Source: Octopus vulgaris (taxonomy: Eukaryota). From it: a DNA stretch of 64,000 bases. This document shows positions 13,001 to 24,734 of this stretch, piece after piece. A model generated the notes under the pieces. That model made no database searches. It saw only the letters and a program-made list of their open reading frames with translations, and had not been told where the DNA came from. The stretch lies in the NCBI GenBank assembly GCA_951406725.2, contig OX597815.1, positions 190,030,001 through 190,094,000 on the forward strand, read 5' to 3'. The translations under genes and the position numbers were made by a program. The number at the start of each line of letters is the position of its first letter. Position 1 is the stretch's first letter.

Positions 13001-13564
13001 TTGGGTTGTCTGGAAAGTTCGTGCTGATTTATAGTAGCTTACCTTTCAACTTTTTTAGAACATGGTTGAGTCCATAAAATAGGATTTGACTACACCTCCA
13101 TTTAGAGCACGGTTTAAGCTATCTTTTTGTGGAGGAAGATTTATGTTCCTATAACCTGTGTTAATTCTGTAACCCTTTAAAATGGAAGATAAGAAAGTTC
13201 ATTTTCAGCACTTGATGCTTTGGGAACCAGACAAAAATTGCTGCAGCTTGGCTGGGATGTGTTACCCCACCCTCCATATTCGCCAGATATTGCTCCTTTG
13301 GATTTCCACTTATTCAGGTCTCTGCAGAATAGTCTTAATGGTAAAAATTTCAATTTCTTGGATGACATAAAAAGATACCTTGATGAATTCTTTGCCTTGA
13401 AACCACCTCAATTCTGGGAAGAGGGTATTTTCAAGTTAAATGAAAGATGGAGACGCATTGTGCAACAAAATGGTTGATATTTAGTTGATTAAAAATGTAA
13501 TGGCAAGTATTTATTGACCTTTTTCTTTCCTTTAAAATCAGCATGAACTTTTCAAACAACCCAA
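13001..13564 (+). mobile_element. Internally deleted mariner (Tc1/mariner) transposon
   Basis: ~30-bp TIRs TTGGGTTGTCTGGAAAGTTCGTGCTGATTT / AAATCAGCATGAACTTTTCAAACAACCCAA, TA on both sides; transposase C-terminus LGWDVLPHPPYSPDIAPLDFHLFRSLQNSL. Confidence 0.92.
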
Positions 13565-13579
13565 TATTAATAGGGTAAT

Positions 13580-13755
13580 AGTTCATTTTCGGCACTTGAT
13601 GCTTTGGGAACCAGACAAAAATTGTTGAAGCTTGGCTGGGATGTGTTACCCCACCCTCTATATTCACCAGCTAATGCTCCTTCAGATTTCCAGTTATTCA
13701 GGTCTCTGCAGAATAGTCTTAATGGTAAAAATTTCAATTCCTTGGATGACGTAAT
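13580..13755 (+). mobile_element. Duplicated internal segment of the adjacent mariner
   Basis: Matches ~13196-13370, including the deletion junction. Confidence 0.85.
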
Positions 13756-13768
13756 GTACATTGTTTGT

Positions 13769-14080
13769 CACCGTGATCACCGTGACCGACCAGGCCATCA
13801 GATGTTGTTACACATCGCTGGTCACAATGCGCTTCGCATTGTTTTAGCCTTCAAGTGACGCCACCCCGCTGGCTAAGCGAGCAGGCCAACAGAAGAAAGA
13901 GTGAGAGAAAGTTGTGGCGAAAGAGTACAGCAGGGATCGCCACCACCCCCTGCCGGAGCCTCGTGGAGCTTTTAGGTGTTTTCGCTCAATAAACACTCAC
14001 AACGCACGGTCTGGGAATCGAAACCACGATCCTATGACCGCGAGTCCGCTGCCCTAACCACTAGGCCATTGCGCCTCCAC
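13769..14080 (-). mobile_element. tRNA-derived SINE (family S3)
   Basis: Head GGAGGCGCAATGGCCTAGTGGTTAGGGCAGC..GGTTTCGATTCCC; 11-bp TSD ACATTGTTTGT at 13758-13768 and 14079-14089. Confidence 0.9.
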
Positions 14081-14334
14081 ATTGTTTGTACATACTGATA
14101 ATGTTCCTCAACTGCAACCTCATAACGTCTGCAGTTGTCATCTTTCAAATTCTCTCGGTAGTTCATTCTGAAGCAGTTATCTTCTATCAGTTCTCCCCCA
14201 ACTCTAGTTATTCATATACCGACAATACAACTCCCTGTGTCTTTTCATTCCTCAAAACCATCATGTGTATATTACCAGCATCCATAAATCCCTAATAGAT
14301 TCCCATCTCATTACTGAACAACGCCCAAAGCACT

Positions 14335-15510
14335 CCAGTGACTAATTTAATTTAACTAAGATGATCTCATGGAACAACTTCCATAACACAAGAGATTAAA
14401 TGAACTCAAATTGTCTCACAGAACAACAAACTAATGATCAAGTGGCTAATTTAGTTTCAATGAGACAGTCTCATTAATAATACCATAACACATGAGTAAC
14501 TGATATAAGTTCACTGAAATGATCTAATTAAACAATATCATAGCACTAAAATGACTAAATACATTTCACTAATGTGGTCTAATTAAACAAGTCTGTTATA
14601 ATGATGCAAGTAATTTAATTTATCGAAAGTGGACATGAGGAGGTATACTTATAACGCTGAAGTTACTTATTTAATTTCACTGAAATGGTCTAATTCTACA
14701 ATACAATAACATACAAATGACTAATTTGATTTTACTGAAGTTGTCTAATTAAACAAAACCGTAACACACAAGTAGCTAATTTACTTACGGTTGAAATGGT
14801 CTAATTAAACTATACTATAATACTGAAGTGACTAATTTAATTTCAGTAACATGGTCTAACAATATAATATTACAACACTGAAGTGACTAATTTAATTTCA
14901 CTACAGTTGTCTAATTAAGCAAAACCATAACACACAAGTAACTAATTTACTTTCAGTGAAATGGTCTAATTAAACCATACTATAATACTGAAGTGACTAA
15001 TCTAATTTCAGTAACGTGGTCTAACAATATATGATAACACTGAAGTGACTAATTTATTTTCACTAAAATTGTCTAATTCAATAATAATATAGCTCACAAG
15101 CGACTAATTTAATTTCACTAAAATGGCTTAATTAAATAATACTATAAACACGTAAGTGGCTTATTAAATTTCACTAAAATGGCCTCACATGACAATATAA
15201 CAGTGAGGTGACTAGTATAAATTCATTAGATTGGTCTAATTAAAAATATACTATAACACAGAAGTAACTAATTTAATTTCACTAAATCAGTCTAATTAAA
15301 CTATACAATAACGTGCAAGTGAGTAATGTATTTTTGCTAAAATTATTTAAGTGAACAGTATATCAACACTGAAGTAATTAATTTAATTTCATTGAAATGG
15401 TGTGATTAAGCAATGCTATAAATAATAAAGTTATTAATTCAATTTCAATAAAGTTGTCTAATTAAACTGTACCATAACACTGAAATGTCTAATTAAATTT
15501 CATTAAATGT
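14335..15510. repeat. Old AT-rich ~55-bp satellite, resuming at ~16355-16410 and ~16805-16960
   Basis: Consensus about ACTAATTTAATTTCACTGAAATGGTCTAATTAAACAATACCATAACACTGAAGTG; period 55 at 14886/14941/14996. Confidence 0.85.
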
Positions 15511-16309
15511 GTCATGTCAGTGTCCATACACGACAGAATAAGCACCCTGAGAGAAAAGTTGGACATAAGAAGTATCAGATGTGGTGTGCAAGAGACTGTG
15601 CTGGTATGGTCATGTGTTATGTATGGATGAGGACAGCTGTGTGAAGAAGTGTTGCTCTCTAAAGGTGGAGGGAACCTATGGAAGAGGTAGATCCAGGAAG
15701 ACCTGGGATGAGGTGGTGAAGAATGGCCTTCGAACGTTGGGCCTCATGGAGGCAATGACAAGCGATTGAGACCTTTGGAGATGTTTTGTGCTTGAGAAGA
15801 CCCAGCAAGCCAAGTGGTACTGTAGCTGTGGCCTATGCCAGCGTCACATAACGAGCCCATTTACGAGCACCTTTCAATCAGTGGGCAATATGTTGTGCTT
15901 GAGAAGACCTCTTGAGTCAAGTGAAATCACTGTCATAGCCGATACCAGTACCATCCGACTGGCACCCATACCAGCAGCATGTAACAAGCACCATTTGAGC
16001 GTGGTTGATGCCAGTGCCACCTGACTGGCTCCTGTTCTGGTGACACATAAAAAGCACCATTTGAGCATGGTCGATACTAGTGCCATCTGACTGGCCCCCA
16101 TACCAGTGGCACATAAAAAGCACCCACTACAGTCTCAGAGTGGTTGGCATTAGGAAAGGCATCCAGCTGTAGAAACCTTGCCAGATCAGAATGGAGCCTG
16201 GTGCAGCCTTCTGGCTTGCCAGTCCTCAGTCAAACCATCCAACCCGTGCCAGCATGGAAAGCAGACGTTAAATGATGATGATGATGATGATGATGATGAT
16301 TAATACTGT

Positions 16310-16352
<43 letters not shown>
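15511..16352 (+). mobile_element. RTE-clade LINE 3' fragment with ~60-bp UTR repeats and (GAT)n tail
   Basis: RLCWYGHVLCMDEDSCVKK..VEGTYGRGRSRKTWDEVVK; the UTR motif GGTTGGCATTAGGAAAGGCATCCAGCTGTAGAAAC is shared by shorter copies at ~26986-27266, 31097-31960, 36306-36560, 45100-45345, 46500-46760, 56100-56288 and 56973-57700. Confidence 0.88.
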
Positions 16353-16353
<1 letters not shown>

Positions 16354-17392
16354 AATACTGTAAGACTAAAATAGTCTAATTAGACAATATCCTAATGGTG
16401 AATTGACTATCTTTCATTTTCTGTCTTTTAGCCAAGGGACTGCAGCTGTGGCTTTGAAGAATTTTTAGTTGAATGAATTGATTCCAGTACTCACCATTTT
16501 TTTTAAAGCCTGGTAGTTATTCTATCAGTCTCTTTTGCTGAACTGCTTAGCTTTGGGGACGTAAACACACCAACCCCTGTTGTGGGTGGACATACAAAGT
16601 CACACACACACACACACACACACATGTATATATATATATATATGAAGGGATTCTTTCTGTTTTCGTCAATCAAATCCCCTCACAGGGTTTTCTTCAGTCT
16701 GAAGCTATAACAGAGAACACTTGCCCAAGGTGTCATGCAGTGGGACTGAACCCAGAACCATGTGGTTGGGAAGCAAGCGTCTTACCACACAACCACACCT
16801 GTGCCTAATTCAATTTCACTAAAAAAAATGTTCTAATTAAAAAATACCATAACACTGAAATGACTAATTTAATTTCATGAAAATGGTCTAATTGAACATG
16901 AAGTGTCCAGTTTAGTTTCACTAAAGTTGTCTCCTTAAACTGTACACACAAATGTCTAATCTATTTAAGATGGTCCCCTCTGAACAAAATTTGTACAATT
17001 TCCTATTTCTTCATGTCTTCACTCATCATCTCTGTCAACCTTGTCCACAAATTTTATATTTGTGGCATTGACAAACCATACCAATGAAATTAGCATTCAC
17101 CTCAGTAAAGAAGAAGTATACTTCAGATTGGAATGTATTTTTAATGCTTTATTAGTCAAATGTGAAGTATTCTCATGTTTAGTTTGGCACCACTCTTCGA
17201 AACATTAATATTCAATGAACCAATAAAGGAACGTTTGAGCTCCAAAGCAGTTCATAAGTTAAGGCGAGGTATTCGACCACTGTCACATCTTATTTGTTCT
17301 TATTCTTTTATTCTCTTTACGGTTTCAGTTGTAGGACTACAGCCATGCTGGAGCACTGCTTTTTGGTAATAATGTGTCAATATTATTGTCAA

Positions 17393-18178
17393 AGGCGGCG
17401 AGCTGGCAGAAACGGTAGCGCGCCGGGCGAAATGCTTAGCAGTATTTCGTCTGCCGTTATGTTCTGAGTTCAAATTCCACCAAGGTTGACTTTGCCTTTC
17501 ATCCTTTCGGGGTCGATAAATAAAGCACCAGTTATGCACTGGGGTCAATATAATCGACTTAATCCATTTGTCTGTCCTTGTTTGTTCTTTCTGTGTTTAG
17601 CCCCTTGTGGGTAGTAAAGAAATAGGTATTTCGTCTGCTGTTACGTTCTGAGTTCAAATTCCGCCGAGGTTGACTTTGCCTTTCTTCCTTTCAGGGTCGA
17701 TAAATAAAGTACCAGTTACGCACTGGCGTCAATATAATCGACTTAATCCATTTGTCTGTCCTTGTTTGTCCCCTCTGTGTTTAGCCCCTTGTGGATAGTA
17801 AAGAAATAGGTATTTCGTCTGCCGTTATGTTCTGAGTTCAAATTCCACCATGGTTGACTTTGCCTTTCATCCTTTCAGGGTCGATAAATAAAGTACCAGT
17901 CATGCACTGGGGTCAATATAATCGACTTAATCCATTTGTCTGTCCTTGTTTGTCCTTTCTGTGTTTAACCCCTTGTGGGTAGTAAAGAAATAGGTATTTC
18001 GTCTGCCGTTACGTTCAGAGTTCAAACTCCACCGAGGTTGACTTTGCCTTTCATCCTTTCAGGGTCGATTAAATAAATACCAGTTACGCACTGGGGTCGA
18101 TGTAATCAACTTAATCCATTTGTCTGTCCTTGTTTGTCCCCTCTATGTTTAACCCCTTGTGAGCAATAAAGAAATGAA
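17393..18178 (+). mobile_element. Nin-domain-like SINE (family S2): one head plus four tandem ~184-bp bodies
   Basis: Head GGCGGCGAGCTGGCAGAAAC, B box GAGTTCAAATTCC, central GCCTTTCATCCTTTCGGGGTCGATAAA; bodies start ~17442, 17626, 17809, 17993. Confidence 0.9.
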
Positions 18179-18389
18179 TATTATTGTCAGGTGCATGGTT
18201 CAGTGGCTAGAGTGTGAAGCTCACAATCATATGGTGGTGAGTTTGATACCTGAACCAGGCTGTGTGTCATGTTCTTAAGCAAGAAACTGCATTTCAAATT
18301 GATCCAGCTCACTGAACTGTAGAAAGTAATGTCACTGGTGTCAAGCTGTATTAGCCTTTCCATTTCCCTTGGATGACATCAGCGGTATT

Positions 18390-18810
18390 AAGGCGGCAAG
18401 CTGGTAGAAACGTTAGCATTCTGGGCGAAATGCTTACCAGTATTTCGTCTGCCGCTACGTTCTGAGTTCAAATTCCGCCAAGGTTGACTTTACCTTTCAT
18501 CCTTTCGGGGTCGATAAATTAAGGACCAGTTATGCACTGGGGTCGATATAATTGACTTAATCCCTTTGTCTGTCCTTGTTTGTCCTTTCTGTGTTTAGCC
18601 CCTTATGGGTAGTAAAGAAATAGGCATTTCGTCTGCCGCTATGTTCTGAGTTCAAATTCTGCCAAGGTTGACTTTGCCTTTCATCCTTTCGGGGTCGATA
18701 AATTAAGTACCAGTTATGCACTGGGGTTGATGTATTCGACTTAATTCATTTGTCTGTCCTTGTTTGACCTCTCTGTGTCTAGCCCCTTGTAGGTAGTAAA
18801 GAAATAGGTA
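18390..18810 (+). mobile_element. S2 SINE dimer (one head plus two bodies)
   Basis: Same junction type as 17393-18178. Confidence 0.88.
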
Positions 18811-18913
18811 TGAAGAGGGAAGGCTGGTATGCATGCAGTGCTGGATTAACCATTATGTAAAATAAGAGCATGCTTAGGGCATCAAGGGATGGAGGTACCA
18901 CAGAAATGAAAAT

Positions 18914-19143
18914 GGCAAGCTAGCAGAAATGTTATCACACTGGGCGAAATGCTTAGCTGTATTTCGTCTGCCGTTACATTCTGAGTTCAAATACCGCCGA
19001 GGTCAACTTTGCCTTTCATCCTTTTGGGGATCAATAAATTAAGTACCAGTTATGCACTGAGGTCGATGTAATCGGCTTAATCCCTTTGTCTGTCCTTGTT
19101 AGTCCCCTCTATGTTTAGCCCCCTGTGGGCAGTAAAGAAATAA
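18914..19143 (+). mobile_element. S2 SINE
   Basis: Flanked by a 15-bp direct repeat AGAAATGAAAATGGC. Confidence 0.85.
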
Positions 19144-19299
19144 GAAATGAAAATGGCTTACGGCACGAAAGAAATTACTTTAAACTTATTAAAATAATAT
19201 TCTTAATGCCTTATCTCTACTAAGTATAGAAGCAGAAGTTTTATGAAAAATTAATTTTAATGATATCATCAGACACTTTGCAATTTAAAAAAAACAAAA

Positions 19300-19692
19300 A
19301 CGCAGGAGTGGCTGTGTGGTAAGTAGCTTGCTAACCAACCACATGGTTCCGGGTTCAGTCCCACTGCGTGGCATCTTGGGCAAGTGTCTTCTGCTATAGC
19401 CCTGGGCCAACCAATGCCTTGTGAGTGGATTTGGTAGATGGAAACTGAAAGAAGCCTGTCGTATATATATATGTATATGTGTGTAGGTGTGTATGTGTTT
19501 GTGTGTCTGTGTTTGTCCCCCTAGCATTGCTTGACAACCGATGCTGGTGTGCTTACGTCCCCGTCACTTAGCGGTTCAGCATAAGAGACCGATAGAATAA
19601 GTACTGGGCTTACAAAGAATAAGTCCCGGGGTCGATCTCCTCGACTAAAGGCGCAGTCAAATTACTGAAACAAGTAAAAGAGTAAGAGTAAA
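19300..19692 (+). mobile_element. S1 SINE
   Basis: Plus-strand full-length copy with (AAGAGT)n tail. Confidence 0.9.
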
Positions 19693-20242
19693 GGTGAAAA
19701 CATTCCAAATATAAATAAAGTGAAAGTATACAAAAATAAACATTATTTTTCCATCTTACTGTGAATTTTGTTTCATTTTGGAAAATAAAGATTTATTTAA
19801 TGTTTTATTATAATTTACATTTTGAATTATTTCTGCTTACATTTTGAACCATTTACATATACTTGAGGGCACCAAAACCTTTTAGGTGCTTAGGGCCTCC
19901 ATAGACTTTAATCCAGCCCTGTATGCATGAGTGACTGCTGGTCTTCCATAAACAACCTTGCCAAAAACTTCTGCCTTGGAAGGTAACTTTCTAGGTACAA
20001 TCCCATGATCATTCATGACCAAAGGGTGTATTGACCCTTTAATGTAGATACACTTTCCCATTCTTCCTTCTTTGTCTGTCTGTTTCTTGCTCTCTTTTTT
20101 CCCTCTTTTTCTTCCTCTTTCTCTTCTAGTCATAAAAATATATGTTTTAAAACATTAATGCCATGCTTACACAACTATCTGTAGTTAATTTACTGTGATA
20201 TACATTTGTTCCTACAGTTGCAGTTTTTTTCTCCCTGTAGAC

Positions 20243-20461
20243 CAGTGGTTTTCAACCAGGGTTCCACAGAACCTTAGGGTTCCGCCAGTACAGTCCAGGG
20301 GTTCTGCAAGAAGTTACAAAACTGCTAAAATCGGCAGTAATTTTTAATTCTCCTATGCAGATATGTGTGCATAAGACTATTAAATTATTGCACAGGGGTT
20401 CCTCAAGCCAGTGGAATGTTTCCTTGGGGTTCCGCTCCAGCAAAAAGTTTGAAAAGCACTG
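20243..20461. mobile_element. hAT (Charlie-like) MITE
   Basis: TIRs CAGTGGTTTTCAAC / TTTGAAAAGCACTG; TSD CTGTAGAC / TTGTAGAC (7 of 8 match). Confidence 0.85.
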
Positions 20462-20652
20462 TTGTAGACACTTTAAACATAAAACACTTTCTCACTTTCT
20501 GAGTGTTAAGCTAATACATCTGTTTGTTGTTTACATGACCGTCTTCGTCTTTTGATTTTTTTGTAAATTTTCACTATATATATATATATATATTATGGAG
20601 ATGTACTTGCATAGCAAGTAACTTGATCTGAGATCATGTGCTGAAACAAAAG

Positions 20653-20925
20653 CAATTGCAGTGTGGAAGATGTTTGTAAGCCATTTAAGAATACACCAAA
20701 ACCGTTAGTTTCACTTCAACATTTAGATTTAATTTGTGTCAAAATATTTTCGTTGCTTTGAAACCGTGACCTGTTCACTGACAAAGCTTAGTGCTGTCAG
20801 TGAACAGGTCGTGGTTTCAAAACGAGGAAAATATTTTGACATATATTAAATTTAAATGTTGAAGTGAAACTAACGGTTTTCATGGGTTCTTAAATGGCTT
20901 ACAAATATCTTCCATGCTACAATTG
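20653..20925. repeat. Inverted repeat (131-bp arms, 11-nt loop) between (TA)n tracts, each arm with a hammerhead-like motif
   Basis: 20653-20783 is the reverse complement of 20795-20925 with scattered mismatches. Confidence 0.9.
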
Positions 20926-21699
20926 TTTATATATATATATATATATATATATATCAAAGAATGAATTATAAAACATTTTACACATATTTACATAAAGATC
21001 GTTTTTCAAAACTTAATAATTTCACCTGCATTTTGACATGTCTAATGATATATGAATTGTAAACTACTCTATTTGAAACAGAGCTTTGTATGCAATAATG
21101 TTTTTGCTTGTGTGTGTGTGTCTGTGTGTGTATGTGTGTGGAGGGAAGAAGGGAGAAACATCAGGAGACTATAAAAGCAGAAATTGATTTATTAGGGTCT
21201 TTTGTTTCGTGAAGATTGATAACAGAAGAGTTGAAAATAGAAATTGTATAATGTAATAATACAGTTTACAAATAACAGGATATTGTAATACAAGCAAGGA
21301 AATTTGAGTTGGTAATAGCATAATATCTCTTATTATCTCAGTTTTTTTTTCCCTGCTCCCATTAATCTTAGTCCCCGCTGCCTCTTTCCGTATACCTACA
21401 GAAAATTTGTCCCAAATTATTCGTTTTAATCCAATAATTAGTTCCAGTTTTATCTGGTGAATGAAATGTTTTATTAAACCTCACAGAAAGAGGTCAAGAA
21501 GTCAAAGTTCATGGGAATAGGAAAACCGTTCACAGAAATGAGGTCAATTTTTCTCGGTGTCCTTCACATTCAAATGCAGTAAAGTGCCACCATTCTGGAA
21601 GTATTTCTTTTTTTTCATGGCTGCATGTTTAAGAAGTCTCTGTTCAAGAAATACTTTGTGAGTGAAATTTAGTGGCCAGACATTATGCAGGAGCCCAAC

Positions 21700-22372
21700 A
21701 GGCATACACACACATGCACACATAAACACACACACACATGCACACACAAACATTCATTCATGCAGACACAAACACACACATGTATGCCCACACAAACACA
21801 CACATGCATGCATACGCACACAAACACACACATGTCTGCACAACAAACACATGCATGCATGCACACACAAACACATACAAGCATACACACACATGCACAC
21901 ACAAATACACACATGCATACACACATATGCACACACAAACACACGCATACACACACACATATGCACACACAAACACACACACACACACATGCACAAGTAC
22001 ACACATGAACATAAAGACACAAGTACACACATGAACATGCACACACACATGCACACATAAACACACACACACAGACACACACAAACACACACACCCATGC
22101 ACACAAACACACATATGCATGCACACACAAACATACACACACAAACATATACACACACATGCACACGCAAATACACACACACACACACACATGCACACAC
22201 AAACACACACACAAGCACACACACACATCTACACACAAAACACACACACACATGCACGCGTAAATACACACACACACACATGCACACACAAACACACACA
22301 CACACATGCACACACACACATCTACACACAAACACACACACACATGCACACGCAAACACACACACATGTACA
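21700..22372. repeat. Complex (CA)-rich microsatellite
   Basis: Direct inspection; source of the His/Thr and Cys/Val ORFs. Confidence 0.95.
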
Positions 22373-23142
22373 TCATCCTCATTGTCATTTTACGTCCATC
22401 TTCCATTCTGGCATAGCTTGCACGGCTGGACAGGATCTGACAATCCAAAAGACTGCATTGACCTCATGCCATACACTTTACAGAGTGTATTGAGTTCTTT
22501 TTTAATTGGCATCAGGACAAGTGAGATCACCAAAGAACTCACATGATAGGATTTTTTTTGACTGATTAGGATTACAGTATTGAGAAAGCTGGATTTAAGC
22601 CAGGTGTTTTAAGCCAGACTAAGATTTCATAGGGATACAGGAACAGGTGTGTAACTGAAGAGAAGATACATGACTGGTGAACAAGGGTGGCGGTGTGGTC
22701 ACTGGTGAGTCTTAGATTGAGAGGAAAGTGAAGGGGAATAGAAGTAGGTCAGGGAGGACGAGATGATAAGATAGTACATAAAGGGTTTGGGTGGAGAGCA
22801 AAAGTATAATAAAACCCCATAGATAGATGAGAAATAAGGAGATAATTTGAAATGTGTGGATTTGGAGGTATTCACCTGGGATTATGTCCAAATAATAATC
22901 AAGACTCTGTGGTAAGAAATTTGCTTCCCAACCACACGATCTCAGGTTCAGTCCCACTGTGTGGCACCTTGGACAAGTGTTATCTAACACAGCCTCAGAG
23001 CTGACCAAAGCCATATGAGTGGATTTGGTAAATGGGAAAAGTCAGCCCATTGTATATAAAACAATGCAAAGCGCATTGTGACCAGCGATGTGTTGCAACA
23101 TCTGATAGCCTGGTCGGTTACGGTGATCATGATGATATATAC

Positions 23143-23530
23143 ATTGTTATATTTCGGAATGGTCATTTTGCCAGTTTAGCCAACAAAAACACAAGCACTA
23201 TATATTTGGTGTTATTTTGCTTCAGTGTTATTTATTTTTTACATTAATCTTAATCTTATTTCAGCCAGAGTTCTTTCGCCTCACTCCTGTGACCGCATCA
23301 GTGGTCCTTTGAAAAATGGCTGATGGTTAGTAAGGAGAGATACAAATAAGAAAGAAGAAAACAAAGGACCACTGATGTGGTCACAGGAGTGTGACGAAAG
23401 AACTCTGGCCAAAATAAGATTAAGATTAATGTAAAAAATAAATAACGCTGAAGCAAAATAGCACCAAATATATAGTGCGTGTGTTTTTATTGGCTAAACT
23501 GGCAAAATGACCATTCTGAAATATAACAAT
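23143..23530. repeat. Inverted repeat (~169-bp arms, 50-nt spacer) with hammerhead-like motifs
   Basis: 23143-23311 is the reverse complement of 23362-23530. Confidence 0.9.
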
Positions 23531-23731
23531 ATCTGTCTCAACACACGACTTCACATAAAAAATCTTGCACAACAAATATATATATATTCATGCATATATG
23601 CATGAGCAGAATTTAGGCTAGTTGAAATATGTTTGTCACACATTTCAACTGCTATAAGGCAAATACACTGCAGTTACTTAGATTCTGGATTATCTGACAT
23701 GTACATGTGTATGTATCTCTCTCTCTCTCTC

Positions 23732-23813
<82 letters not shown>

Positions 23814-24113
23814 GTATGTATATGTATATGCATATATACACATACATACACATACATACACATATACATTGTTTATGGGTTAACAATGCTTTCATGTGAA
23901 AGTGATCTTCACAGTTGTTCAAGTGAGTCACATGGAAGTGTTGGTACTCATCTCCATTTTAGGAGGATATGAGTACGAACACTTCCAAGTAATACTCTTA
24001 AAAATTGCGAAGACCACATTGCATGAAACCATTGGTAGCCTTGTTAATTGGCAAATACAGAATATTTACTGACCAATGAGGTGCTTAGCACTCATCCTCA
24101 CTGTCTAATATCA

Positions 24114-24169
<56 letters not shown>

Positions 24170-24284
24170 TTATATATATATATAAATTTATATATATAAG
24201 GACAAGATCGATATTTAAAATACCGATCTTTTCAGATGGCCAGCATGGAATAAAAACCTTTCAAAGGTAATAATTATTTAAAAT

Positions 24285-24424
24285 TATGATTTAGGGTAAC
24301 TAAGAGATACCACTATGCTTGAAATAGCCGTCAAAACTTGACTCTAAAACCACACTAATGTGGTTTTAGAGTCAAGTTTTGACTGCTACTTCAAGCAAAG
24401 TGGTATCTCCTAGATACCCTAAAT

Positions 24425-24428
<4 letters not shown>
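24285..24428. repeat. Inverted repeat (~70-bp arms, 4-nt loop) between (TA)n tracts
   Basis: ...GACTCTAAAACCACA-CTAA-TGTGGTTTTAGAGTC... Confidence 0.88.
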
Positions 24429-24463
<35 letters not shown>

Positions 24464-24556
24464 AATGCAAAAATACGAAGGAGAAACACAAAAAAACAAC
24501 AACGCAAGGACATGGCACATGTAAATTATTAGCAGAGGCTCAAGGAAGGAAAGGTG

Positions 24557-24591
24557 GTTTTACATTTCGAGTAAAGCTCTTCTTCAGAAAC
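24557..24591 (-). ncRNA. Minimal type I hammerhead ribozyme-like motif
   Basis: Minus strand GTTT-CTGAAGA-A-GAGCTTTACTC-GAAA-TG-TA-AAAC: canonical core boxes, stem I GTTT/AAAC, GUA triplet. Confidence 0.6.
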
Positions 24592-24684
24592 AGGAGACAG
24601 AGGAAAGTCCAATAGAAAAAGAGGACAGAGAAAAAATTGCCAACAATTCACACACACACATATATATATATGTATATACATATA

Positions 24685-24734
<50 letters not shown>

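Larger units (their letters stand above)
18836..19921 (+). mobile_element. hAT-type MITE containing nested S2 and S1 SINEs
   Basis: TIRs CAGTGCTGGATTAA / TTAATCCAGCCCTG; perfect 8-bp TSD TATGCATG at 18828-18835 and 19922-19929. Confidence 0.88.
18190..20040 (+). mobile_element. Old tRNA-derived SINE split by nested insertions
   Basis: tRNA-like head at 18190-18260; body fragments at 18260-18388, 18811-18835 and 19922-20040. Confidence 0.55.

Noticed and set aside
21662-22546. Overlapping His/Thr and Cys/Val ORFs
   Set aside because: (CA)n microsatellite, open in several frames on both strands.
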